Positions 52,001-64,000 of a stretch of DNA of 64,000 nucleotides are shown here, piece by piece. Numbering within the stretch: position 1 is the first letter of the stretch; each line of letters opens with the position of its first letter. Below the pieces are notes generated by a model, which searched no databases, was not told the DNA's origin, and saw only the letters and a list, made by a program, of their open reading frames with translations. The stretch is from positions 434,001-498,000 of the forward strand of contig CDPCPM010000197.1 of assembly GCA_976551045.1 (NCBI GenBank), read 5' to 3'. Made by a program: the position numbers and the translations under genes. The DNA is from Glaucostegus cemiculus. Taxonomy: Eukaryota.

Positions 52001-55000
52001 AAATTGAACATCACCCCTCACCAATTACATGTATGATAGAAATGTCCCTACCACTGCGAAAAAAAACTGTCTTAGGTGCCAAAGGAAGCAATTGTACTAG
52101 GATGGAAATACTTTACAAATATTTCATAATTTAAAAATGTTCAACCTTTTCCCAAGCTATTTTAGTTTATCGGATTCTGTTTAATGTAAATCGACACGCA
52201 CACCATCGTTTATAACGTAAATTTGTGGACCACAGTAACATTAATAATTTGGTTTCAGCGCAAGTGCTGTCGTTTCTCTACCCCCCCCCCCCCCCGCCCT
52301 CACATAGATATATTTGCCCCTGATACAATCACAAGCAAATTATCTGTTCCATAGAAACGTACAGGATCGATAAGCATCCCTATCAGGTTAACTGCAAAGT
52401 CTAAAGGTGATGCATTTTCTTTGTTTGGGTTTTTAAGTGGTATGCATCTGGTGCATTTATAGGCACTGGATGGATTTGAGCACTGGATTGAGGTTGTAAT
52501 TTAAGGGGGAAAGGAACAAAAGGCATTCGCACAAACGCGCGATGGAGTCATAAAGGTGTCAAATGATTATATCGCCGTATTAAACATCTACTTGCAGACA
52601 CACAGATAAAAGCATTCAGATCTCATACGTTATCATTAACTCTTCCCCATGGTTTCAACCGTCACTAACTGAGATCACTTTGGGCCACAAACCGGGACCC
52701 TGTTCCAAAACATGCGACCTAAGCTAGACCAGCACACACATCACCGTCTAATTAAATGTAATACGGGCATAAGGTGAGATCTTAAATTACAGAGTACTAT
52801 TACTTTCGATGCATCTTCTCCACTTAATAAATTGTAAAATGAAACAAAAAACTATAAACTACTATATAATTGGTATCAAGCTTCATAATAACTGGCCTAT
52901 CCTAGAAAAGGCACAAATAACCACTCAGACCATCCCCAGTCCATTTATTGTTATCAGGCCTCCTTCCTTTTAAATCGACGCGGTCTGAGTTTTTATGGTT
53001 CTCAGATTTGTTAGCCCTCACTGATAAAAGCAAATTAAAATCGTAGGCGGATATCCAATATTTGCAGTACAATTAGGAGAGACAGTTCGTAGCAATAAAG
53101 GCCTTTACGCGTTTAATTTGGAGAAAACGTACTGAATAGAATAGAACTGTCCTATACACTATTCCTTCTGTCGTTCACAGTGCAATAATTGAATTGGATA
53201 TTCTTTCATTACATTTATAATTCACAAATCATTACACAATCCGATGACAAAGATAATATAAAACCCTAGTTAATATTTTGTCTCTTGAGGGTTTTTTTTT
53301 CTGACGACCTACTCCTTTATATTTTAAATATTCTGCTTTTATTAAGCAAGACACGTTGCTGCCAGTTTAAACTTCGCACGGAACGCTTTCTACATGCAAG
53401 CTGACAAAGATTTCGAAAAACACGTTGCTGTTCATAGTTTGTGACAATTTACCACGGTAAAACTCGGACTTAAAAGCAGAATTTAAAATAAATAGGGACA
53501 TAATCGAGGGAGCTATTTGACACATGTAACGTGTCGGATCCACCACCAGAGCCCGCTTCAGACCAAGTTCATAGTCATTATGCGTCTCCTTTCTTACCAG
53601 CTTTTCCATTGCACTTAATCTGGCGGAATAGAGACGGAGGAGTCTGTTTGATATCTCCCCAAAATGCTCTACTTATGTACTATCAGAAGTTTCTAAGTGC
53701 AGTGTTCATTTATCTCTTCAAAACTCACCCCTTCAGGTTGTATATTTTCCTGCCGAATAATGACATAAATTCATTCAAGCAGTGCCGGTGAGAAAAAGAA
53801 ATACATACTTGAAGAGTTCAAACCCAACTTTCAAGATATTCCAGTGTCTCAATAAAATCTTTCGATTTCTAAAATATATGTATTGAATAAAGCAGCGCTA
53901 GGCTTAAAATCTTCTCGTGGGGGAAACAAAACTGTACAGCAATACTGTCTGAGGATTGTGATGTTGAAAGTGTTCATGGGGGCTTGTTAGTACAGCATTA
54001 TAGCTAAGGGGTCAAAAAGTGGAGGGTCAAAAGTTTACGTCGTGCGTGACTTGGTGCTGTCTGCCTAGATAGACTCAGTTCGATGTCAATGGTAAAAGGA
54101 ATGGTCTTGTCTACCGGCTCAGATGAGAAAATGACGCCGAGGTAAGATATGTAAGTAAGTAAAGCTTAGCAATCGACACAATCTACCGGCTCTGCAAAAT
54201 AAGACGAACGGAGAGAGAGAGAAATGGATAGCGAGGGGTTGGAAATGTTAGAAGAAGTGCTGACGGGTGGAGGTGTGTGTGGTGTGTAGAGAGGGTGGGT
54301 GGGTGGTTGGGGGGGTGAATGGGGGGGAGGGTTAGCTGCTAACTATCCTGACCGCGACCTGTGCAAAAACAGGGAGGATTAATTGTTTTCTTTTATAGAA
54401 CACACTGCATAATAACTAGAAATCACCAGATCCTCGATGGAAGGAATTGCCGTGTAATTATAATATATATATTTAAAAACCTAAGGGTTGATGCAAATAA
54501 TTCTCGAAAGATGCAATCAACTTTTAAAATAATTTGAGAGTCAAGTTCTATGGGGAAAGGAAAAGCTTTAGATGAAATTGGTGACAAAACAAAAGAAAAG
54601 GACGAATAATAGATGCTTTTATACTAGGTCAGAGGACGTAGATGAATCAAGTATACATTACCAAACTGATGTGAAAATAATTTTTAAAAAGACCGTATAG
54701 TTTGACGGCATCTTCAAGCATATAGAGTCGTGAAATGCGCAGGTGTAAATGTGGAAAGATGAAGTCAAGTAGAATTAGATAAAGTTTTGCAATCTATTGA
54801 CGAATTGTTTGGTTGTGGTATCAAATAACCTAAACCTAGTCTCTAAAAAGCTACAGTGTACCTTACAATTAGACTGCACGATATCATAGAGCAAATATCA
54901 GTCCTCGCATTTTTCGATATACTTGCTTTAGGGACTCTCTCGCTCTCCCTCTGTTACTTGCAATAGATCTCCGGATAAAATTTATCCATTAGTGTCCATC

Positions 55001-56009
55001 TGTGAAGAATCAGGGAGTTTCGATCAAGTTTTACGAAAGGAAAATGGTTACGTCTTTCAGGCTTCCCATAGGTCTTCTATAAAATTTAAAATGAACTCGA
55101 TGTTAACCTTCTTTAATTACCATTATAATTATCATTAAACGATGCCTATATCTTATATCACACTAATGCTCCATTATTGTAAAGTGCCACAAAGAATCTA
55201 CTAGCTATAGTCTGACCATTTAAACACATTTAAATTTATCTGCAAGGCAGCGTTTTTCCCGGCGTTCTGCGCATAGAGCACGTTTTAAATTTGCTTGCAG
55301 TATAGTTATTCTGTAATAAATCTGCTCAAAATAAATATACAAACGTATAAATTTTGAACGCTTAAATAGACAATTTGTGTACCAAACTTATAATATCATT
55401 TCCAAATACTTCTTATTTATGGAGATTGAGGGGGAACGAGGCAGGCAACTTTGGAATCAGGGTCATTCTCTTCAGTATCTACATTGATTGAAGTAATTTT
55501 ATAATACTAGCATAAATCATTGAGTATAGTGCATGCATTTTGTTTTAGTTTTACAAAGGCAATTGTTATCTTTTCCAATTACCACGGATCCGATTAAACG
55601 AATTGCTTTTAATGGAATTTGGCAATGATTAGATTACGTGCATGTGTTATGTGATATTTCTGCATCTTAGAATTTGCATTTATAAATGTTTTAGTGACCT
55701 CAGAAAGCCTAATATGGATTTACTGCTAACATGTAGTTTTGAAGGAAGCCAATGTTATAACATAAGGATTAAATATTGAATTTAACGTCTCTCAACAATG
55801 CAACACCTTTGCTTCTAATGACATGTTTTGCACCGGTTAAAACCGGTGACAAAACGTGTTATCTACATATTGTATCATTTTCACCTTATATTACATTACC
55901 TTTGCTTTTATTTCCTGAAATTGATCAATCATAAGTACCAAGTATTTTGTATTTAATATCTTCTGATACTCAAATCAGAAGGTTTTGGATGTAAGACTCA
56001 CCCCAATGC

Positions 56010-56333
56010 TGTATCCAATGCACAACTGAGGGTGTGCTGCACGGTCGAAGCTGCATAATTTCGGATGAGATATTAAACCAGGACCTCTTACGTTCTTAGG
56101 TGGCCATTAAACATGCCACGATATTGCTCTAAAGAAAATCAGGTGAGAACTACCTGGTATCCTGGCCAATATATATTCCTTGGTCAACATTACTAGATAA
56201 AAATCGATTTGCTGTTTTATTGCAACTAACGAGTCTGCCCCCTTCACTCAAGGCAACCCCCCCCCCCAAGCAAATGTCGGCGTTTTTAAGTCACGTTGCT
56301 GCTTGTGGGGAGCTTGCTGTGCGAAAATTGACT
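56010..56333 (+). mobile_element. Deu-domain SINE (SacSINE1/AmnSINE1-like), decayed
   Basis: Colinear blocks ACTGAGGGTGTGCTGCAC, TTTCGGATGAGATATTAAACC, AGGTGG, TCCTGGCCAATAT and TTGCTGCTTGTGGGGAGCTTGCTGTGCGAAAATTG resemble the recalled DeuSINE consensus. Confidence 0.75.
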
Positions 56334-57148
56334 TTCTTTTAGATAAAGGCTCAACTTTCCCGGCTTAATTAAAACATTCACCATATTTTCCACATAAAAT
56401 TGAAATCTCCACGGTGTATGGCAAAAAACGGCGAAATTGGAATAAGTCTCACCTAGTTTCTATTTTGGAGTGATTAACGCCTGCCGACGCCGATTTGCTA
56501 ATTTAACAAAAGACAGAACACTTATCAGGAGAAATGCAGAAAAATGAAATACAATCTAAATGTATTTGGATTTAAGTTCATCGAAATATTTGCCGACATT
56601 TGCCTGGAGGGTTTGTGTCGAATGAGTGGTGTACTCCTTAGTTTTAATTAGAAAGTCTGCGGACGTGTTAAAACAATAGTTTTCAAGAAACTAAATTAAT
56701 TCGCTGTTATACACATATACACTCATACAATGTGAGATGTGTTGGAACTTTTTATTTGACTGCTATCTTGTCTACAGATATTACTCTTGGGCTACTGCAA
56801 TGCAATATTATATGGAATATGCAACTGTAAAATCGTGTACATTTTGTATTCATGCAAACTAAACGTGCGCAAGAAAACAGATGTATTAATTACTTTTGTT
56901 ATTCAAATTGGAAACTGCGCATGTAGCAGCCAGTGGTAGACAAGAAATGTGACTTTTATAATAAATATTTGATGCTAATGAAATCACAGAACATGTTATG
57001 CTTGAGAAAATTTTCAGCGCCTTAATGCTGGTTTGGGTAAACTCCTGCCTTGCTATTTTTCTCAAACGTAATGACCTGAGCAAAATTCAATATGACTGAG
57101 AGACCTATCCATACTATAGAACTTGTAGAGGGGGAGAGTCCAAGAGCG

Positions 57149-57165
57149 GGGTGAAACTCAGGTCA
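57149..57165 (+). promoter_or_regulatory. DR5 retinoic acid response element (B4U-like)
   Basis: GGGTGA-aactc-AGGTCA, 2.1 kb 5' of miR-10 and 3.6 kb 5' of HoxB4, the conserved position of PG4 upstream RAREs. Confidence 0.85.
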
Positions 57166-59250
57166 AAGCGTCTAACAAATATTAAAATGTACTCGGACGC
57201 ACGGCACGCCTTAGTGTTTAACAAAGACTGTCAGTGTATGAGATTAATACGAAAACTGAGGGAGAAAACAAAATGTTCACCAGGCCGGTGCTCGACACTT
57301 TTTAAAAAGCTGCTAAGCATTTCGAATGGGGGAAAAATAGAGTGCTGCTGGAAAGCGTTACTCTAACTAGATGTTATCAGTGCAAGAACAGACAAAGGAG
57401 AACGAATATGTTTATGTTGAAGTTGGTATTTTGGACCTCTCAGTTCGATTTTTTTTTGAAAACCCCCAAACCGATGCGTCATGTAATGTATAATTTGAGA
57501 ATATAGAGGAAGAAACACAGAAGGTGTTTGTGTGTGTGTGAGGGTATGTATGTGATTTAACGCAATCGGTGACCTATGCAAGGATGTAGGGTAACTTGTT
57601 TAGCCTTGAATTAACACCAACAAATATATCTAGGATGGAGGGGGTGTTGGTGGTGGGGGTGGGGGTGGTAAGTGTCTGTGGGAGGGGGGAGTGGTATGAA
57701 GAGAGAAGTGTGTGTGAGTGCGTTCAAAACAGAATGTCACAATTTAATCTTACAAAATAAATGATCAAAATGCGTGGTCTAAACATTGGTAATTCTAAAT
57801 TAATTGCAATCATTTAATGGTCACTGTTTCCAATGATATGAACGACATTAATGCTAATTTTTTTAATGGTTGGCGTGTCGGCAGTATTGCATCATTGGCA
57901 GTAGTGAGTGCTTTACTACAGTAAGGTTGAGGCCTGTGATTCACTTCCCCAATGACAGGCCAAAAACAAGAGGGGAAAAGGCCTCCCTCATTCCGCTGCT
58001 GTTTGCATCCTCTGTTAGGATAGCAATCTATAGCAAGATTCCTTTGAAATGCAGAGCAGATAGGGGACAGTAAATATATTCATCTTCCAAACTTCCGAAA
58101 TGTCGACATTTTTATTACAGCGGGTTAAACAAAGCACCGGGTTTATCTTTTATTGAAAGGTCCTTTTGAAAAGCTTATATGCTTAAATTTTTAACTGCAG
58201 TCACGGTAAAAAAAAATCACAACTGCATGGGCCATGGACGTTCGACAAAATTAATTACTTAAAATTCTATTCCTGTATTTTTAAATATTTTATAGCTGGG
58301 CATCAACAATATCGCGGTTAGACCCCTGTGAAGGAAGTTTTTAGTTTAAAGTCAGGAACTCTTTTCATATGCGAAGGCCGCGCCGAGTGAAGCCTTTGCA
58401 TCGTTTTCATGTTTTATTGCTATCATCCGGATATCAGGTTCCTTGCAACAGTTTGCGTGTCGTAAACAACATTGACCCTCCCCATAAAAAAATGTTTTGT
58501 GCTTAAGTCAGTTGGGTATTTCTCGGTCGTAAAGAAATTTAGATTGGCATAGTTTTTAATATGTAATTTTATAGACAATTTAAAGTAGTAATTTAGTTTA
58601 AAGGGGGAAAATCACACTATTTGCTATCCTTGAAAAGTACAGAGGTCATTTTAGTTGGCCGTTTAGCTCTCACTACTTGGGCCACATGCTACACAATTAT
58701 AAATCACCCAAATCCAACAGTCACGTTTGTTCTTTTGCAAAAATTTATCAAGAGCTGAATACATGGTTTCGCAATGTCTACTGTAAGATTTATATAGCCA
58801 CTGGTGGAAGCTCTTCCATTGCTCCGGTATGAATTATTAAGATTTTGTTTGCCTTTGCGGCTGCAGTAGGCAAACTTTTTTGAGAAGTCACACATGTGAC
58901 TTGGCCTCCTTTCCAACTGTTTGATACAAACGCAAGGGTGTTCACAAATAGGATTGTTCGAAGTTGTCCCTGAGAGGGAATTGTTTGGAGTCCTGCACAT
59001 ACATTTGTCCAAAATTAACTGTTTGTTTCCACATATTTATAAAAGTGTACAACTCACATTTCGATGTTCAAGATATATACATATATAAACTGCATTGCAA
59101 TCACTGAAAGATAGAACAGAAACGGATCCCCCTCAAGTTGTGTAGGTACATATCCATAACACATATGCATGTACACTTAGTTCAATAGAATGTGTACATT
59201 TACATGGAAGCGCTTGAACGTCCCTGGGCTACAAAAATGCTGAAAATATG

Positions 59251-59340
59251 TCTGTCCTCTATATATACCCTGTAGATCCGAATTTGTGTTGACAAAGTTG
59301 TGGTCACAAATTCGTATCTAGGGGAGTATGTAGTCGATAC
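59251..59340 (+). ncRNA. mir10a: miR-10a precursor (mature 59266-59288)
   Basis: Exact TACCCTGTAGATCCGAATTTGTG; 3p arm CAAATTCGTATCTAGGGGAGTA at 59307-59328; lies between PG5 and PG4. Confidence 0.97.
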
Positions 59341-60594
59341 AAACGCTACAACATTCACCCGGAAGACAGAAGAATATGCTTACGTCTAGAATCTTCTTTC
59401 TACAAATCGATAATCTATCTAAATAAATAAAATCGAAGCATAGTGTTTTATCTACCTGGTTCTGCGGGTGAGATTGCTGCCTGTAATGGCGGGCTGTCCT
59501 TTTTTTCCTTTTTTTACCCCCTCTTGTTGCAACAATTCTGCACTCGTGTAGTATTGGTTACGTCATTTAAATATGGAATGTGTTACCTTTTTCGATAATC
59601 CCCCGCATTCCTCCGTTTAGAAATTGTCCGATTTAAATGGTTTGTTATGATTTAGACATTAATCATTTCGGAACGCCACTCATATTATTGCTATGTAACC
59701 TACAATACATTATAAGGCTATGATCGTCTTCAATTATTTAATTCCAGGTATTTGTATCTTTTCCCTCAGTTTTATGGCTATCGCTATAAATAAAACATTA
59801 AAGTTGTCTGTGTCATATCTTAGTTAATCTCTGAAATTCACAATCACGACGATAGCACAAATGGCAGCATGTTGCTGCTTCAGGGCAATATGTTGAACAT
59901 TTTTAACTTAAGCTAACGAAAGTTATTCAATGTAATAACGAGACAGACAGGTCTTAACAGCTCCTCCGCATTTTACGATGATGCTTTTAATCGAACGTAG
60001 ATAACTTCGTTTAGACTTGCGTGCTGTTATCACCTGTACATTTTTTTCTTAGTTATAACTGTGCATACTTGGAGGATAGATCGTGCGGAATCGTTTCAGC
60101 AAGGAATGTTCTTGGTGAAAATCGCCCGTCTAATGAGCTGCTAAATGTAATTTGTAGATTTTGGTGCCCTGAATTAGTTGATGAATTTTCTATTGATCCA
60201 AAGCAGTCCGATTTATCTTTGCCAACCGAGACACCTTCCCCCCTCCCCAACTCCGCAAAGGCGTTAGCAACGCGATTACAAAAGGATTTGAGAGTTACAG
60301 ACAGATTCTGAGCATGCAATATCTCACTTTATGCATTTAATAAACTGAATCGATTATTTTATGCAGTGTTGTGTACGAGCAACAAACCATTGATACACGT
60401 AGCATTGACATAATTGGTCGATTTCAATCGCGGTGAACGGACTTGAAACAGGACAGTCCTATTCGTAAACTTGTTAAGTTTCATGAATTTAAAAAGGCAC
60501 ATATTAAAAATCTGTAATCAAAAACTGTTTCGAGGACAAGCTAAGGAACATTCGGCGTCCAATTCTATTTCCTTATCCGGGAATCGAACGGACC

Positions 60595-60665
60595 TTATCA
60601 TTGGCTGCCTGTGTCACATGAGCGCCTAACTTTGTTCACTTGACAGTAAAGTAGGAGGGTTTAGG
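60595..60665 (+). promoter_or_regulatory. HoxB4 proximal promoter (NF-Y, USF-type E-box, Meis site)
   Basis: CATTGGCTGCCTGTGTCACATG followed by TTCACTTGACAGTAAAGTAGGAGGG, a typical PG4 promoter block. Confidence 0.7.
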
Positions 60666-60731
60666 GAACAGGAAAAAACGGCTGGGTTAGAAAAAATTTT
60701 GAGTTATTTTGCATTTCAGATATTAAAGGTC

Positions 60732-61137
60732 ATGAGTTCGTTTTTGATTAACTCTAACTATGTGGACCCTAAATTTCCACCGTGTGAAGAGTATTCACAG
60801 AACAATTACCTACCAAGCCATTCTCCGGATTACTATACCCGGGCACGGGAGCCCGGGTTCCAGCATGAAGCGATGTACCCGCGGTCAGCGTACAGCGAGC
60901 AGCCCTACTCCTCTTGCAGCAAGCTGCAGGGCTCGGGCGAGCAAGCCGTGGCGCCTAGGGGTCACGTACAATCGCAGATCGGCCTTCAAAACCACTTAAC
61001 CAAGCATGGCCACCAGTGTGTCTCGGTGACTCCAAGCCCACCGCCCTCTTGCAGCCAGAACTTCAGCAACCAAAACACTCCTTGTTCTAAGGAGCCTGTG
61101 GTTTATCCGTGGATGAAGAAATTACATATAAACTCCG
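60732..61137 (+). CDS. hoxb4: HoxB4 coding exon 1 (spliced protein 241 aa)
   Basis: MSSFLINSNYVDPKFPPCEEYSQNNYLPSHSPDYY to KEPVVYPWMKKLH; donor TCCG|GTGAGT at 61138. Confidence 0.96.
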
Positions 61138-61212
61138 GTGAGTCGCTAGCCTGGGCTTTTTACCACCTGAAAGCCCGGAATCTATTCCACCCATTGTAAA
61201 TAGCTATTCTTT

Positions 61213-61272
61213 AGATTTACGATCGCCTATCTGGAGGTCAGTAATCACAGCCTCCATAAATTTTTATTGCAG
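61213..61272 (+). promoter_or_regulatory. Hox4 intronic HB1-like homeodomain/Cdx-binding element
   Basis: GATTTACGATCG then GTAATCACAGCCTCCATAAATTTTTATTGC near the 5' end of the intron, as in other PG4 introns. Confidence 0.7.
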
Positions 61273-61466
61273 TACAATTGCACTACTGGCCATGTGCCTT
61301 TGATGTGTTGTGTCCTAGGCGCTCGGATCTCTTTGAACAGCAGTTAATGATAGCAGTGAAGTTTTACATTTTTCTTACTAATGCTTATTTTAAGTGTTCT
61401 AGCGCTATTCCTTGTAAGATTCGTGGTGTTCAGTCAGTTATTTCTGTGTTGTTGCTTTTTGTTCAG

Positions 61467-61786
61467 TGAACCCTAATTACAAAGGAGGGGAACCCAAACG
61501 CTCCCGCACTGCTTACACGAGGCAGCAAGTTCTAGAGCTGGAGAAGGAGTTCCATTTTAATCGGTACCTAACCCGGAGACGCAGGGTGGAAATAGCCCAT
61601 TCTCTTTGCCTGTCAGAACGACAGATAAAAATATGGTTCCAGAACAGGCGAATGAAATGGAAAAAGGACCACAAGTTGCCAAATACCAAAATCAGGTCTT
61701 CTACAGGCTCCTCGTCCTCTGCAAGTCATCAATCGCAAGGAAGCTCTCAGAATCAGGAGCCAAATGGACCATCAGCCACATTATAG
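61467..61786 (+). CDS. hoxb4: HoxB4 coding exon 2 (homeobox)
   Basis: Acceptor tttgttcAG at 61465-61466; [45 protein letters not shown] to [13 protein letters not shown]; RVEIAH is B4-type. Confidence 0.96.
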
Positions 61787-64000
61787 CTGCCCTTTTGGGA
61801 GAGAAATTGGTAGATACGCGCAGAAGCATAGGATGTTAACTGAAGGACTTTATTTATAATGGCAAAGTCTAAACTGTAAATACTCTGATTTTGCCAACTT
61901 CTCTCATCCCTTCCCCCTCCTGTAATGTTGTAGATTGCAGTTTTCAGTAGAGATTGGCAAAGATGAATCCTCGTTTCATCTTTAATCACGCCAAAGTCTC
62001 CCCATTTGTCATGTTTACTTGCTGGTACAAAGGATGAACTCTATGCCTACGATTACCTCGACAGCAAACGAACACTTTAATAAATGAGGCTCCGTTTCAT
62101 CAACCTGGGATGACAAACAGTCTTTTATTCACACAAAAACAAACTTTGCAGCAAGAATGTTGAAACAGCTCGGCAAGATGACCCTTGTGTTTTTAAGCTT
62201 GGAGTCATTTTCCAATGGGGTTTACAAAACGAAATAATTTGGGTGTTTTCTTTGGAATATTACACTGATATGTACTCCATATCCTCAGATGTTTTGATCC
62301 CAAATATATTTCTTTCGGTGCCAATAAAAATGTATGTAGTTGGACTTTAAAAGCAAACGTGTAAAAATCATATGTAGGTATAAATTATGTCAGCAAAGTT
62401 ATTTAAAGTGATTATTAAAATGTTGCATGTGACTTGTACAGCCAGGATACAATACTCGCCTCTGGCCTCGGTATTAACAGAATGTGCTTTCGTGGGGGGA
62501 AAAAGTGGAAAGCTAGTTAGATAAACTGTTTTAACTTCATCATTACCATTTATGACATTCCAAACTATGAAGTTTTAGTAGCTGCATCATTCGGGCCCAC
62601 AGGAGTTTGTATTTCGTTAGCAGTCTATGTCCTTGCATTGTTCTATATGTATCGACTCTCATTCAGACCAAAATATGTGTAAATAGTAATAACCTAAATA
62701 AATTTTTTCAAGTCCCGTCTTTTCTTTTGTTTATTTTTACCTAGCCTGCTGGGCAAAACCTTGAAGCCATATGACCTGGTATCATGACTCTGGCTTTCCT
62801 TAATCTCATCTATCTGTGTGAGGTGGCCTATATGATAACAAAGGACATTGACTTAGCATAGAAAAATATCGATGTAGGTACATTTCAAAATAAATATAAT
62901 GCTTATTCTGACATTGTTAGAGGCCTATGCACCTGCTTGCGGATATGGTGACATTGCACAATGTTATAATAGTAACTTCTTTGAAAATGGCTGTTTTATG
63001 AAGAATCTTAAGTCATGTATGGTCATCTGTCGTTTCTTGATTGCTTTGCTTCGTTACCATGCCTTTTTTTTATTTTGCAACCTTGTAAGTTAAGCTCTGT
63101 TCTGTCATTTATACAGTGCCTCTTAGCATTTTTCCTTTGTGCGTGTGTGTCTGTGTATTAGAAAGGGATTGGACAGTGTAATGGTTCAAGCTTTGACAAC
63201 CAAATAGATAATCAAGAAGACAAATGACCTCTTTTGTCAGATGAAGCTCCGTATTAATTTTAATTTTCTTTCGTATAACACATTGCATATGCAATCTGGG
63301 GTCTGAAAATACAGCACATACCAAAAGAAAGCCTAACTGGAATATATATCAAGGCACAACACAATCTTCTATATTAAAATGAGCCATTTGGGTGATTCAA
63401 GACCTCGGCTCACTGATGCACGTGTTTTGCTTCAGACCTGCAATTTAACAAATTCTGTTACAAAGCTGCATATGCAGTCACTACTGCAGGCTGCGATAAT
63501 CCTATCCTGCCCCCACCTCATTCCGCAAAATTATTTCTTTCAAACGCATCCTGCAAAGCATCATTGACCTGAACACATTACAATGTGTCCTTTTCTAATT
63601 AATGTTTATAGACTGTGTTTCGTATCATACAAACCTGATGTAAAAGGGGATTCGCACAGTCAATTGTAGCAAAAGACATAACAAGAAAAAAAAGTTCGAT
63701 TTAAAAAGAACACATTTTGCCTTGGGAGACAGCGACAGGATTTACAATCTGTCGTTTATATGAGAAAATCCTCACTAACCAATGTATATGTGTTTTGTGT
63801 TTCCTCTTCCCCGGGGGTTCCAAGAAACTGAAGCGTTCTGAAATGTAATCTTTCCAAATGTAATATTTTCGGGGAGGTACACAATTTTGAAGTACGTTGC
63901 GGATTAATTACTATAGTTAATAATATAAGAATTATTCATTGAATCTCAGCAAGAGCTGTTCTGCTTTCTCTATTCATAGACACTGATAACAGGCAAGCCA

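Noticed and set aside
54009-54037. GGGTCA repeat as a RARE
   Set aside because: Spacer is 9 nt and the alternative DR2 partner AGTTTA is poor; not a canonical DR1, DR2 or DR5.
62700-64000. HoxB4 3' neural enhancer RARE and HoxB3 exons
   Set aside because: Only isolated TGACCT half-sites were seen; these elements probably lie beyond the window.

Overview
This window is the posterior-to-central part of a jawed-vertebrate HoxB cluster, with every gene on the + strand: HoxB10 - miR-196 - HoxB9 - HoxB8 - HoxB7 - HoxB6 - HoxB5 - miR-10 - HoxB4. All seven genes have two coding exons with phase-1 GT-AG introns that splice into uninterrupted ORFs. The intact HoxB10 and HoxB7, shark-type CR1 LINE tails and a Deu-domain SINE suggest a cartilaginous fish (inference). 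Non-coding DNA holds familiar Hox elements: a DR5 RARE upstream of miR-10/HoxB4, Cdx/Hox site clusters, the Hox4 intronic HB1-like element, and miR-196 sites in HoxB8 and HoxB7. The most notable extras are strong CTCF motifs at 9|8 and 6|5, a repeated CCAAT/E-box module that also marks two gene-less promoters, a pre-miRNA-like hairpin in the HoxB7 intron, a DeuSINE near the RARE, and a possible very degraded PG11/12 homeobox relic upstream of HoxB10. Four N gaps are present. Everything was read by eye; no database searches or folding programs were run.
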